Shown here: positions 45,496 through 64,000 of the stretch, in pieces
How positions within the stretch are numbered: the stretch's first letter is position 1
Layout: each line of letters starts with the position of its first letter
DNA from: the human T2T-CHM13v2.0 reference genome, Homo sapiens
DNA: 64,000 nucleotides
Assembly (NCBI RefSeq): GCF_009914755.1
Contig: NC_060930.1
Strand: one strand, 5' to 3'
Program-made: the position numbers and the translations under genes
The notes under the pieces: generated by a model
The model's database searches: none
Told to the model about the DNA's origin: nothing
Seen by the model: the letters and a program-made list of their open reading frames with translations, nothing else

Positions 45496-46512
45496 ATGGG
45501 GAGAAAACAGAGCAGAAAAACTGGAAACTCTAAAAAGCAGAGCACCTCTCCTCCTCCAAAGGAACGCAGTTCCTCACCAGCAACGGAACAAAGCTGGACG
45601 GAGAATGACTTTGACGAGTTGAGAGAAGAATGCTTCAGACGATCAAACTACTCCGGGCTACAGGATGAAATTCAAACCAAAGGCAAAGAAGCTGAAAACT
45701 TTGAAAAAAATTTAGACAAATGTATAACTAGAATAACCAATACAGAGAAGTGCTTAAAGGAGCTGATGGAGCTGAAAGCCAAGGCTCGAGAACTACGTGA
45801 AGAATGCAGAAGCCTCAGGAGCCGATGCGATCAATTGGAAGAAAGGGTATCAGTGATGGAAGATGAAATGAATGAAATGAAGCGAGAAGAGAAGTTTAGA
45901 GAAAAAAGAATAAAAAGAAATGAACAAAGCCTCCAAGAAATATGGGACTATGTGAAAAGACCAAATCTACATCTGACTGGTGTACCTGAAAGTGATGGGG
46001 AGAATGGAACCAAGTTGGAAAACACTCTGCAGGATATTATCCAGGAGAACTTCCCCAATCTAGCAAGGCAGGCCAACATTCAGATTCAGGAAATACAGAG
46101 AACGCCACAAAGATACTCCTCGAGAAGAGCAACTCCAAGACACATAATTGTCAGATTCACCAAAGTTGAAATGAAGGAAAAAATGTTAAGGGCAGCCAGA
46201 GAGAAAGGTCGGGTTACCCACAAAGGGAAGCCCATCAGACTAACAGCGGATCTCTCGGCAGAAACTCTATAAGCCAGAAGAGAGTGGGGGCCAATATTCG
46301 ATATTCTTAAAGAAAAGAATCTTCAACCCAGAATTTCATATCCAGTGAAACTAAGCTTCGTAAGTGAAGGAGAAATAAAATATTTCACAGACAAGGAAAT
46401 GCTGAGAGATTTTGTCACCACCAGGCCTGGCCTAAAAGAGCTCCTGAAGGAAGCTCTAAACATGGAAAGGAACAACTGGTACCAGCCACTGCAAAATCAA
46501 GCCAAATTGTCA
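45496..46512 (+). pseudogene. L1 ORF1p, disrupted: premature TAA at 46270-46272, and the natural stop is mutated to TCA
   Basis: MGRKQSRKTGNSK..., coiled coil, RRM, REKG motif; stops just before the ARR motif. Confidence 0.92.
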
Positions 46513-46575
46513 AGACCGTCAAGGCTAGGAAGAAACTGCATCAACTAATGAGCAAAATAACCAGCTAACATCATA

Positions 46576-50403
<3,828 letters not shown>

Positions 50404-51716
50404 ACAATGAGAACATATGGACACAGGAAGGGGAACATCACACTCTGGGGCCTGTTGTGGGGTGGGGGGAGGGGGGAGGGATAGCATTAGGAGATATACC
50501 TAATGCTAAATGACGAGTTAATGGGTGCAGCACACCAGCATGACACATGTATACATATGTAACTAACCTGTACATTGTGCACATGTACCCTAAAACTTAA
50601 AGTATAATAATAAGAATAAAAGAAAATGGATTGTCTTGGCTATCTGGGCTCTTTTTTGGTTCCATATGAATTTTTAAATCATTTTTTCTGGTTCTGTGAA
50701 GAATGTCATTTGTAGTTTGATAGAAATAATATTGAATTTGTAAATTTCTTTGGGAAGCATGGCCATTTCAATGATATTGATTCTTCCTATCCATGAGAAT
50801 GGGATGTTTTTCCATTTGTTTGTCATATCTAGTTTCTTTGAGCAGTGTTTTGTAATTCCCATTGTAGAGATATTTTATCTCCCCTGTTAGCTGTATTCCT
50901 GGGTATTTTATTCTCTTTGTGGCAATTGTGAATGGGATTGCCTTCCTAATTTGGCTCTCAGCTTAGCTATTGTTAGTGTATAGAAAAGCTGGTGATTTTT
51001 CTACATTGATTTTGTATCCTGAGATTTTGCTGAAGTTGTTTATCAGCTGAAGGAGCTTTTGGGCTGAGACTATGGGTTTTCCTAGATAGAGAATCATGTT
51101 GTCTGCAAACAGGGACAGTTTGACTTCCTCTTTTCCAATTTAGATGCCTTATTTCTTTCTCTTGCCTGATTGCTATGGCCAGGACTTTCAATACTATGTT
51201 GAATAGAAGTAGAGAAAGAGGGCATTCTTGTCTTCTGTCAGTTTTCAAGAGGAATGATTCCAGCTTTTCCCTATTCAGTGTAATATTGGCTGACGGTCTG
51301 TCATAGATGGTTCTAATTATATTAAGGCATGTTCCTTCAATACATAGTTTATTGGGAGTTTTTAACATAAAGGGATGTTGGATTTTATCAAAAGCCTTTT
51401 CTGCATCTATTGAGATAGTCATGTGGCTTTTGTCTTTACTTCTGTTTATGTAATGCATCACATTTATGGATTTGTATATGTTGAACAAACTTTGCATCCT
51501 GGAGATGAAGCCTACTTGATTATGATGGATTAGCCTTTTGATGTGCTGCTGGATTCAGTTTGAACTATTTTGTTGAGGATTTTTACGTCAGTGTTCATCA
51601 AGGATATTGGCCTGACGTTTTCTTTTTTTGTTGTGCCTTTGTCAGGTTTTGGTATCAGGATGAAATGGGCCTCATAGAATGAGTTAGGGAAGAGTCCCTC
51701 CTCCTCAATTTCTTCC

Positions 51717-51925
51717 CAGTTTATTATTGGTATAACATACAGGAAGGAACTAGTTGTGACACCCTCAATAAGTTACTTAATCTCTCCTAATCTTAGTTCC
51801 CCTTTGTGTAAAATGAGGATGACATGTAGCTGACAAGTCTGTGTGGAAGATCAGACTTTTAGCACTGTGTCATATGAGGTACTCAATAAATGTCCCTTTC
51901 TTGGTGAAAAAAAAAAAAAAGAAAA
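51717..51925 (+). other. Polyadenylated MIR-containing retrocopy or orphan transduction inserted in the host L1
   Basis: MIR core (AAGTTACTTAATCTCTC...TAGTTCCCC...GTAAAATGAGGAT...GGTACTCAATAAATGT), AATAAA at 51885-51890, A14GA4 from 51907, flanking repeat TCAATTTCTTCC at 51705-51716 and 51926-51937. Confidence 0.8.
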
Positions 51926-52086
51926 TCAATTTCTTCCTGGTTCAGTCTTGGGAGGGTGTATATGTCCAGCAATTTATTCATCTCTTCTGGGTTTTCTAGT
52001 TTGTGTGCATAGAGGTGTTCATAGTAGTTTCTGATGGTTATTTTTATTTCTGTGAGGTCAATGGTAGCATCCTCTTTGTCATTTCT

Positions 52087-54077
<1,991 letters not shown>

Positions 54078-54613
54078 TTATTTGTGTCATCTCTCTTTTC
54101 TTCTTCATTAGTCTAGCTAGCGGCCTATCATTAATATTTTCAAAAAACTAACTCCTGGAATCACTGATCTTTTGAATGGTTTTTCATTCCTTGACTACTT
54201 TCAGCTCAGCTCTGATTTCGATTACTTGTCTTCTGCTAGCTTTGGGGTTGATTTGTTCTTGCTTCTCTAATTCTTTCAGTTGTGGTATTAGGTTGTTAAT
54301 TTGAGATCTTTCTAACTTTTCTATGTGGGCATTTAGTGGTATGAATTTCCCTCTGAAACATTGCCATGTCATATCTTTGTTCTCATTTGTTTCAAAGAAC
54401 TTCTTGATTCTCTCTTACTTATCCAAAAGTCATTCAAGAGCATGTTGTTTAATTTCCATGTAATTGCATGGTTTTGAGCAATTTTTTTTATTGTATTCTA
54501 TTCTTATTGCACTGTGGTCTGAGACTATGTTTGGTGTTTGCTGTTTAAAGCCAATACTTCGAAACAATCTATACCAGGTTTTAGGAATTCTAACCTGCAG
54601 GGGGTATGGCTAG

Positions 54614-55076
<463 letters not shown>

Positions 55077-56819
55077 TAGTCCTGGTTCCAGGGTTAGAAC
55101 AAGGTCAGGACAGAGAAATAAGTCTGAGTTCTGATGGGCTGTTGAAAGGCTGCACCGGGTGCTCCCAGAATTACTGCAAGGGAGGTTCATTCACCTGGGA
55201 TTATACTTCATGCCGTGTGGGAAATTACATGCTCTCTAGTCAACTGTTGACATTACCAAGACCCTCAGCCTTGGAGATTTACATTTTACTCACACCTCAG
55301 ACATAGACACAAGCTGGGGTTCATTTGTTTGTTTTACTTTTTCAGATGTTGGATGAAAAAAGAGATTCTTAATAATGGGTTTTCACTTCTAACTCCCCCT
55401 TTCTCCCCATCAAAAAAACAAAACAAAACAAAACAAACCTCAAAAGACTTTATTTTCCTTTCCCTTTCTTTATAGCAGAGATCAGGGTATCAGGGTATCA
55501 AGAGAGCAGGGTATCAGGCTGCTCTCTTATCCAAATGGCAATACTCAAAGGTTCCCAAGATTTAGTCACCTCCCTTCTCAAGTGAATATAAAACGTGGAG
55601 CATCTTTCTTTGCAGAGTAAGACTGACTTTAGGTCATCTTGAGCCCATTTATCATTATTTGAAACATTATAGAATCTATTGGATCATATAGCCAAAGTTA
55701 TAGAAAATATAATTTTCATTTTTAAACAGATCTCTTATTATGAATGGTTACTTGGGCTGCCTGGCCTTGGAATATCTCTTTTGCATGATTGCAATATACT
55801 TGTGTCCAAATGTGGATCTTGGCCTCTTAAGTAATGTTCTCACATTTTACCCAAACTTGTCGGTGTTGGCTAACCAGAGGTTTAATGTGGACTAATCAGT
55901 GCAGGGAAGCATCCCAGTATGTGTATATTTCTAAGTGCCTGAACTAACATGGGGCAGGCACTATGCATAGTTGCTAACCTGATGAAACAGCTTCAATTAG
56001 AGCCTCATCGCTGACATTCCAGAGTGGCTGCACTTGGAATCATAGGATGTGCAGGTATCTGTGGTCAGATTTTTACTTAAAACAAAAAAAAAGGAGAAGT
56101 TTCAGAGTATAAGTTTTATTGGATTTGGGGACTTGGAGTTCTTGGAAAATGATAATGATTTAGAATATAGTTTGTACATCTCCCCTGGGTGAAACTTGAG
56201 GATCTTTGTTTTGTTTACGTCTTTCTCACGAGGTAGAAGATCGATTCTAAGTCAAGAACACATTTGTGGCAATGTAATTACAAGTGAAATATACAAAAAG
56301 GCTCCTGAACAACCCCTTTAACTTCCTTGTTCTACTTGCCCTGGCTCAAACTATGCTGCTTCCCTCCTGTCTCTCAGCACCCCTCCCCAGACAGAGCACC
56401 CACTCCCTTCCCAGCCCCTGCCTACAAGCTCCCTTCCCACCCTTTGAATGCTCAGGAGGAACCACTCACAGCAAAATTAGGCCTCCAGGCTCCCTTCTTC
56501 CTAGGCTCCCTTTCTTGAGGTGTCTCTGCTGGTTTGCTCTCTCTTGATCTGTTTCTGGCCCCCACACTGTGAATTTTAGATCCTACTCTTTATCAGCAAT
56601 GTCTGGGTAAGAGGAGAAATCAAGATTCCTGCAAAAAATGGACATGCTGACTCAGCCTAGAGTTATGGAGCTGGACTGGCTTAAGTCACTGCTTCCTTTG
56701 TCCTAACTTACTCATTTTACTAATACAACCATTCACAAATAGTTGCAGTCATGATATGGAAAAGTTAAGGAACGAGGAATATGTGTTTAATGTCTTTTCT
56801 ATTTCCCTGTGAGTGCTTA

Positions 56820-56930
56820 TAGAATCCATTCTCTTACATGGCAGCAGGAGAAAGAGTGAGCAGGGGAAATGTCAGACACTTACCAAACAACCAGATCTCC
56901 TGAGAACTCCCTCACTATCAGGAGAACAGG
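56820..56930 (-). mobile_element. MST LTR internal fragment
   Basis: TTACATGGCAGCAGGAGAAAGAG...AAACAACCAGATCTCCTGAGAACTCCCTCACTATCAGGAGAACAG. Confidence 0.75.
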
Positions 56931-59900
56931 AGAGCAGCAAGGTTTTCAGCAGCTCAGTCATTTTAGCTGAGAAATGAGGAAGGGAAGTGTTAAAGCCTAC
57001 ATACAGAAAGAGGTAGTCAAACATATAAGGAAAAGAAGAATATAATTCCTCTAGTTAAAGAGAGTGTTCTGACAATAAACTCTAATATGAAAGTAATTTC
57101 CCCCCTTTTAATTAATAGCAAACATCTGTATTCAAACATGAACTTTTTTCTGTTATCTTTCACTGTGGAGAGCAGAATTAGCCCCATTCTACAGTTAGAA
57201 AAATGGAGACATGAAACATTCAAGGATTTCATCCAATATAACAAGACCACCAGACGAAAGCTAATGGTTTACAGATGCAGGGTATTTTTCAAAGAAGAAG
57301 GAGAAATCATGTTATCTTTGATGTAACATGTGTAGAACTAACACAAGTGTTTGCCTTTGAGAATTACAATAGTCAGAGGGGAAAAAAAACTTTTTTCATC
57401 TTTTTTATTTTAAAATTCCTATGTGTATGTAGTCACTTCTCTAAGACAGGCCAAGGTATTTTTTTATGAATAACAAATTTTACTAAATAAGTTATGCAAT
57501 AAGCTAAATCAAAATTTCCTCATAATAAATCTTTAAAGTTTCTCCTTCTTTTCACCAGTTCTTTTGTGGAAGAAAAACACAGGCATGCTGACAATGGCCA
57601 AGACAAAGGTGTTCCTCTTTCTTTCCAAATCCTGTAGACTGGAATAGTTATGGAACTGAGAGAAGTCACAGCAGTCCTGATCCAAAGTGTCACACTAAAC
57701 TATGTGCCAGGCACAGGGATCTCCGCTCTCAAGTGACTTTCAGGCCAGAGGTGGTGGACAAGATAAGCATGCTGTTAGGAATGAATGTGGGGTGGCCACA
57801 GTAGCACATGGGAGGCCGTTGAACTTGGCCTTGGGGACCAAGATGTGATTTCTGGAACATAAGAGCAAACTCATACCTAAGATACGTGTAGGAATTAGCC
57901 TGGTGAAGGAGTGTTCCAGGAAGGTGGAACAGGACATGAGAAAACCTGGAGTTGATAGGGCTTTCAGCAGATGAGAAGAACTCGAAGCAATCCAGCATGT
58001 CAGGAATAATGGGCAGTAGGGTTAACTTGACTGCCAGAATCTTCCTTTTGTACTTTTCGTGTGCATTAAATTTATTGACAGTAGTGTGCTACATTGAAGA
58101 GACAAGGCTAGAAGTAACTGCTTCCTGACATACTGTACAAACTTGTGGATAAATATGAAAACTTTAGGTCTGGGCAAGGACTAAATATTTTCTTAAATGA
58201 TAGGTTTTCTCTGAGCGGTTCTTCCTGTTGTAAACTAAGTTCAAACCCAAGTATTCTAGGACTGGCACTAAATTTGACCAATTCATTTATGTCTCACCCC
58301 AAACTTGTTCTTTTAGAATTCAAAGGAATTTTTCCTTAAAAGCCCCATTTAAATTTTACCTGAGTAATTTCCCCCTTTCAAGTTAGTTTTTTAAAAGATA
58401 TTTATTGAGATTATTTTCATAATTTTGCAAGAATGACATGTTCATTTTAGGAAACTTGAAATATAGAGGAAAGCTATATCAATGAAAATAAAATCACTCA
58501 CAATACCACTAAGGTGATAATCTTTGTCAATATTAACTTGTACAGGGTATTTGTGATATAATTTTCTAAGTTTTTCTATGAAGATATTTTTTAACAAATA
58601 TTTCAACAATTTATATGCATTTCCTGTTTCTGTGTGCATGTATACACATGATATATATTCCACTCATTTTAAAGTTAATTTGAATTATTTAATTTATGAA
58701 CACACTCTTATTTGCAAGTTTTTGTAGAACTATTAACATATCTAGTGTGTGAACTTTTAGCCCTGTTGAAAATAGCTTGCAAGCTGTAAGCTGGTTATAT
58801 TTCAAAGAGCTAGAGGCTCCTGTAGTTCTCTATTAATTAGTTTTAAAGCACCTCTATGACATGACATAGGTGGCAGTATTATTATCCCTATATTGCAGAG
58901 GGGGCAGCCAAAGCAGACAGCAGTTGCATAACCAAGGCCGGGGTAGAAACAGAACTGGGGTTCTTTTGAAAGTAGGTAGAGTAAAAATTACACATAAAAT
59001 GAAATATTGGTGATTTGTACCTCTATTCAAAGCCTCATCTCTTTGAAATGACAATGCGTAAAACACATTGGCCCTCTGTTATTTTTCCATCAATTCAGAA
59101 CTGAATCTGACCTTGGAGAGTCCACACAGATATCAGTGGAACGTCTGGCCGATTGCATGTGAGGAGCTGCTGCCAGAACTTTGCCTGAAAGCTTAAATAC
59201 CCTATGAGAGCTGCAAGGAATTCTGAAAAATTACGTTGAATATCGATGTTGAAGTTAAAATACACATATATGCGTGTGCGTGTACGTGTGCAAGCACACA
59301 GACACGCACACAGAATTTTAAGCCCAAAAGCAGCACCAGAGCCAATTCCATGATATTTGTATTAGTAATCTTTACTTGGGCAGAATTCACTTGAAGCTGG
59401 TGGGATTCTTTTTCCTGAGTCAAGCCTGCAGAATGAAGCCTGCTGGGAGTCAGCAAACCACAACAGACGTCATCAGCTTTCTCCTGCTTCAGGATATACA
59501 TACTGATCACTGCGGGGGTCGGGGGAGAATTTTATTTTTGCTTGCGCAGGCTTACACAATTGTCAGCGGATATAACCCTTGCCTTTCTTTGAAGTGTGAG
59601 CTATCAAAAACTAAATAAACCAGATGGAGCCATTTTCTGATTCAAGGTGACAGAGCAGACCAATGCCTGAATAATATCTCTTTTTAAAGATGGAAATAGA
59701 ATTACAAATTTGCTACAACTAATTTGCACTTTCCTTTGAAAAGGTGGAGCCCAAAAAGAAATTTTTCTCAAGAGGCTTTTCCGCCTGAGAATAAGTAATA
59801 TTTAAAATAAGAGAAAGGTTGGAAAATTGACCACACAATACATGAAGTTAGCAAGAGAACGAGGGGGAAATTGTCAACTATGAAAGTGACAAACACTGAG

Positions 59901-60429
59901 TCGCTGGCATTCAGATAACCCCTCTTCTCCTTGCAACCAGATAAATATACATTCTTGATTCCCGGATTCCTTCCATTCTTGGTGCAATACTTGAAAAAAA
60001 ATTTGACCAGGTTTTTGGCATTTTCATCTTTTCTGGGAATACTTCTAAATGACCTAGGGGAAATTTTCTAAACCAAAGAACAGTTTTGGCAGCAAAAACA
60101 AGCCTCAGTATGTATTATGATTGAAAAAAAGTAATTTAGCCTTTAACTCATGCAAGGATCTACGAGAACATCTATGTCAAACAGAATAAAATGAATTTGA
60201 TATCTTTATTTTTAATGTATGGAAAAGATGATGTTTTTCACTTCATTATTTTAACTCTATAAAAGAAAAACTTCTTTGATGATTTACTAAACAAGGAATT
60301 AACTATATTGTTAATGTTAGTGTTATAATTTACTCTTACAGGATTGAGTTTCTCAATTGTGCTAAATTTGTTCTATTCATCTCACGGCTCCCTCTAATAC
60401 GTAGGAAAGTATAAAAACAACCTATCTGG

Positions 60430-60940
60430 GTCTTTATTTTTCTCATCTGTGCAATAAGGATAATAGGTCCTATTTCGAAGCATTGCTGAGATGATTAGAT
60501 GATACAAGGAAAATGTCCAACCTAGTATCTGTACATGGTAGGTTCTTTCTGATTCATTCTCTTCTACCTTCTTTTCTATGGCATTTGAATATTGTGTGTG
60601 GACTTCAGCAGACTGATTGTGTGAAGTTCAACTAGTAAGGGCACAAAGCCAGGTACGTCTGAAGGACCTAATGTTTATATGAGTGCTAACTACGTACCTG
60701 GCACCTAATAAGCGCTCGATAAATATTAGCTATTGTTGTATCACACACCTCACTTTATCCTCGCTACAACTCTGGAGAGGTTTTATTTTCATTCTCATTT
60801 TCCAGTTGTCAAAACTAAGTCTTGGGAGGCAAAGTAACTAGCCCAATGTTGCACAGCAGGACTATGACGGAGCCAGAATTCCAGCTGAGATCTGCTCCGG
60901 AGCTCCTGGTCTCACTGCTGCAGCATGCCACACCTCTCCC
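60430..60940. mobile_element. MIR fragments in both orientations
   Basis: TTTCTCATCTGTGCAATAAGGATAATAG; GTAACTAGCCCAATGTTGCACAGC...GGAGCCAGAATTC. Confidence 0.6.
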
Positions 60941-61598
60941 TAAGTATGGGGTGGGCAGGCCTCGGACAAGTTCAACCACCTGCAACAGAACTGGAAAGGC
61001 AGAAGGACTTCTGGGAGAAAAAAAAAATGGCTGTTCTACTCATCTGCACATTCTAAGGGAAATTCTCTTAGATACACCTAATTTAATTTCTCAGCTATGT
61101 TTAGAAATTAACTCTAAGCCTATTTATTTACAAGAATAATGCAGTCAAAGACACTGTTAACCAGCTTGGTTATCTGCCTTTGCAGCTTCTGGAAGATTCA
61201 AAGCAGTTGAATTGAAGGTAGGGACAGTTGCTACAGTCAATTGCCTTGAAAACAGTAGAAGTGACCTGAAAACCTGCCAAATGCTGACACAAAAGCTTTG
61301 AAAGCCGTAGTAGCCTGGAGCCATTTAGCATAGCAGCAAATAGCCTGAAACCCTCAAATAGTCCTTGAAGTACAGTAATTGATATCATCATAAGGTCATT
61401 TAGATTATTAAACAGGAGTATATTACACATTCATAGAACTAGAAATTTCATCCAAATATTATTTTTTAAGTTCAGTAACTTAAATAGGAAGTATTAGTGA
61501 AAGAGAAGAATCACTTAAATAAAACACCTCTTCTATTGAAACTACTAGCGAAATAAAACTAGTGATAAAACTAATTTTTTCAGCAAACCTGAAAACTT

Positions 61599-61882
61599 TT
61601 TTTTATTATTATACTTTAAGTTCTAGGGTACATGTGCACAACGTGCAGGTTTGTTACATATGTATACATATGCCATGTTGCTGTGTTGCATCCATTAACT
61701 CGTCATTTACATTAGGTATATCTCCTAATGCTATCCCTCCCCCTCCCCCCACCCCACGACAGGCCCCGGTGTGTGATGTTCCCCTTCTTGTGTCCATGTG
61801 TTCTCATTGTTCAATTCCCACCTATGAGTAAGAACATGCGGTGTTTGGTTTTTGTCCTTGCAATAGTTTGCTGAGAATGATG
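61599..61882 (-). mobile_element. Short 5'-truncated L1PA (about PA5-7) 3' end
   Basis: 16-bp TSD GCAAACCTGAAAACTT at 61583-61598 and 61883-61898; endonuclease-like site CTT/AA. Confidence 0.95.
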
Positions 61883-63000
61883 GCAAACCTGAAAACTTAA
61901 CCACGTAAACTTTAAACTCTGGATTTGTTGGTCTTTTTTCTATCATATATAACTTTTTGAATTGGGTGACTGAAGTTACACCAAAGATGGGTGTTATGTT
62001 AGGCATACAATGAATCATTCAAGCATCTCTAATTAGCATAGGAAATGGGTTCTTGCTTGGCTTAAGGAGTCAGCAATTTTCAATATAAATTTTAAGAGAA
62101 TTTTAATCTAAATATGATCAAGAAGGAAATTAACACATTCTTCTGGAAATACACAAACATACACACATACCCTAAGCATTCCTACATGAAGCATTGTTGA
62201 CTAATGTTATATTTCAACTTACATTTACTTACAACATCAGTTCCATAGCCCTGGGAAGTTGGGGACTATGATGGTAGTGGATAAGGTAGCCAGGGAAAAT
62301 TTCAATAGCGTCAAACAGTAATTTGGGATTTAAAAAGTCATAGCTGTCTTTTGGATTTTATCTATAGTTTCCATGCATCTTGGGACAAATCATTTGAATC
62401 TCACAGGAATCCCAATTTCAGCATGATTGGCAGGATGGAACGATTGGCAGGATCGAGGCAGAATACCTTCAGTCCCAAGTAGCAGATCACTAAATCCAAA
62501 ATCAGTCAGAGAGATACAGCCCTATCCCCAGAGACCTGTCTCATCTTTGGGCAGCCCATAAATTAAGAGTCAGGCAAAACCACACTGCACCTGAAAGACA
62601 GACTGATTTTCCTTTTTGAGTTGACTTCCTGGATGGTCTTGGATAGATACAGAAATATGATTCAGTAAACTTAACACCTGAGCATTAGAGCTAACCCGAT
62701 TCAAAATGAGATCAACTCCTCAACATCACAAACAATCCTGAACCCAACTTAGTCAGGAAAAGAAGGCCAACACTTGGCATGTGTCTGGGCCATCGTGACA
62801 TTCAAAGTTAAAGGAAAATCTTGGAACAGTCTAAGCAGTGAAAAGAACATGGTGCCTCCTCACCACAAGTAACTCAAAACAAAATAATACAAACTCTTAA
62901 ATTACCGTTAAGAGGTCCAACAAAGTTTTTATGTTTTTTAAATATATTTATTTCCACATTTATGGAAAGATAATAAATACGTGTACAATTTGCCTTTTGT

Positions 63001-63072
63001 TAAATATATTTATATATTATTTATACATATATACATATCTATACATATACGTGTGTGTGTTTGTGTGTGTGT
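63001..63072. repeat. (TA)n/(TG)n compound microsatellite
   Basis: Read directly from the sequence. Confidence 0.85.
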
Positions 63073-63829
63073 CAAAAGCCAAATCCTTATTTCAAGAAAC
63101 TTTGGTGATCTTGCTTCACTGATCTCCTAAATATGGGCTTAGCCTGTGTTTTAACTGATTTTTGTGGCCAAGCATCTCCCATGTTCAGCAGTGTATGACT
63201 GGGCTTCCCCCTTCCCTCTCTCCCCGACTAAGCCCAGAAATGTCTCATGGCCACCCACCCAGCTCAGACTCTATTTTATTAAAAGGCAGTCTCTGCTTGT
63301 ACTGATTTCATAGAGACAATATGCAAATTACTAAGTGGCTTATTTAACATATAATCCTGGAAGTAAATACTGCAGAAATGCAAAGTACTTATTAAAATTG
63401 ATCTTCCTCTGAGATTAATAAATGATTCTTTGGGAATAAATTGTTCAACCAAGCAAGATTAATAAACTTAAGGGCCGTTAGCCAGTTTTCTTGTAGTAAA
63501 TTACAGGGTGCTTTGCAAGAATTGCATTATTTCATATAAGTTAATTCATTGAAATTAATTCATTGAATATATGTAATTTTAACTTTATAAGTAATGAAAA
63601 TAACTAATAAAGAAGTTGAACAGCTAGTACAGCTGAAAAAAAAAGAAGGAAAAAGAAAAGGCCATCAAACTGTCAAAGCATACCTATCAGGGCTGGCATC
63701 GACACTATAAATATGCAAGCCACAGATACACAAAACAGGCACTACCAAATATGCTTTTTGTCATTTTGTCCCCTATATACTCCATGGTTTGAAATATTTT
63801 GTCTACAGAACTGCATTAACTTGGCAATA

Positions 63830-64000
63830 CAGTTGATCCTTGAATAATGAGGGGGTTAGGAGAACCAGCCTCTGCATAGTGGAAAATCTGTGTATAACTT
63901 TTGAGTCCCCCAAATCTTAACTACTAATAGCCTATTTTGACCAGAAGCCTTACTGATAGCATCAATAGTCAAGTAACATGTATTTTGTGTGTTTTATGTA
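63830..64000. mobile_element. Tigger2-family DNA transposon end, running off the window
   Basis: TA-CAGTTGATCCTTGAATAA...GTATAACTTTTGAGTCCCCCAAA...ACTACTAATAGCCTA. Confidence 0.8.

Noticed and set aside
62423-62453. GATTGGCAGGAT repeated with a 17-bp period
   Set aside because: Ordinary short tandem duplication with no further structure.

Overview
Primate (most likely human) AT-rich intronic or intergenic DNA. No cellular protein-coding gene, RNA gene or CpG island can be supported, and every long ORF is LINE-1 ORF1/ORF2. The window is dense in transposon fossils: about 12 Alus, many L1s, L2/MIR, THE1, MLT1, MST and MER41 LTRs, and Tigger, MADE1 and MER5/30/58/91/102 DNA elements. The most informative signals are retrotransposition and repair footprints. 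(1) An L1PA2-like insertion in a Tigger3 element shows both a twin-priming 5' inversion and an 84-bp polyadenylated 3' transduction, next to a template-switch hairpin. (2) A ~210-bp polyadenylated, TSD-flanked, MIR-containing orphan retrocopy sits inside a primate-era L1. (3) A nested three-L1 cluster contains a tail-to-tail pair that shares rare substitutions, possibly by gene conversion. (4) A MER41B-like solo LTR keeps both tandem STAT GAS sites. (5) There is a MADE1/miR-548-like hairpin and a ~135-bp non-TE local duplication. Family and subfamily calls come from recalled consensus sequences, not from a search.
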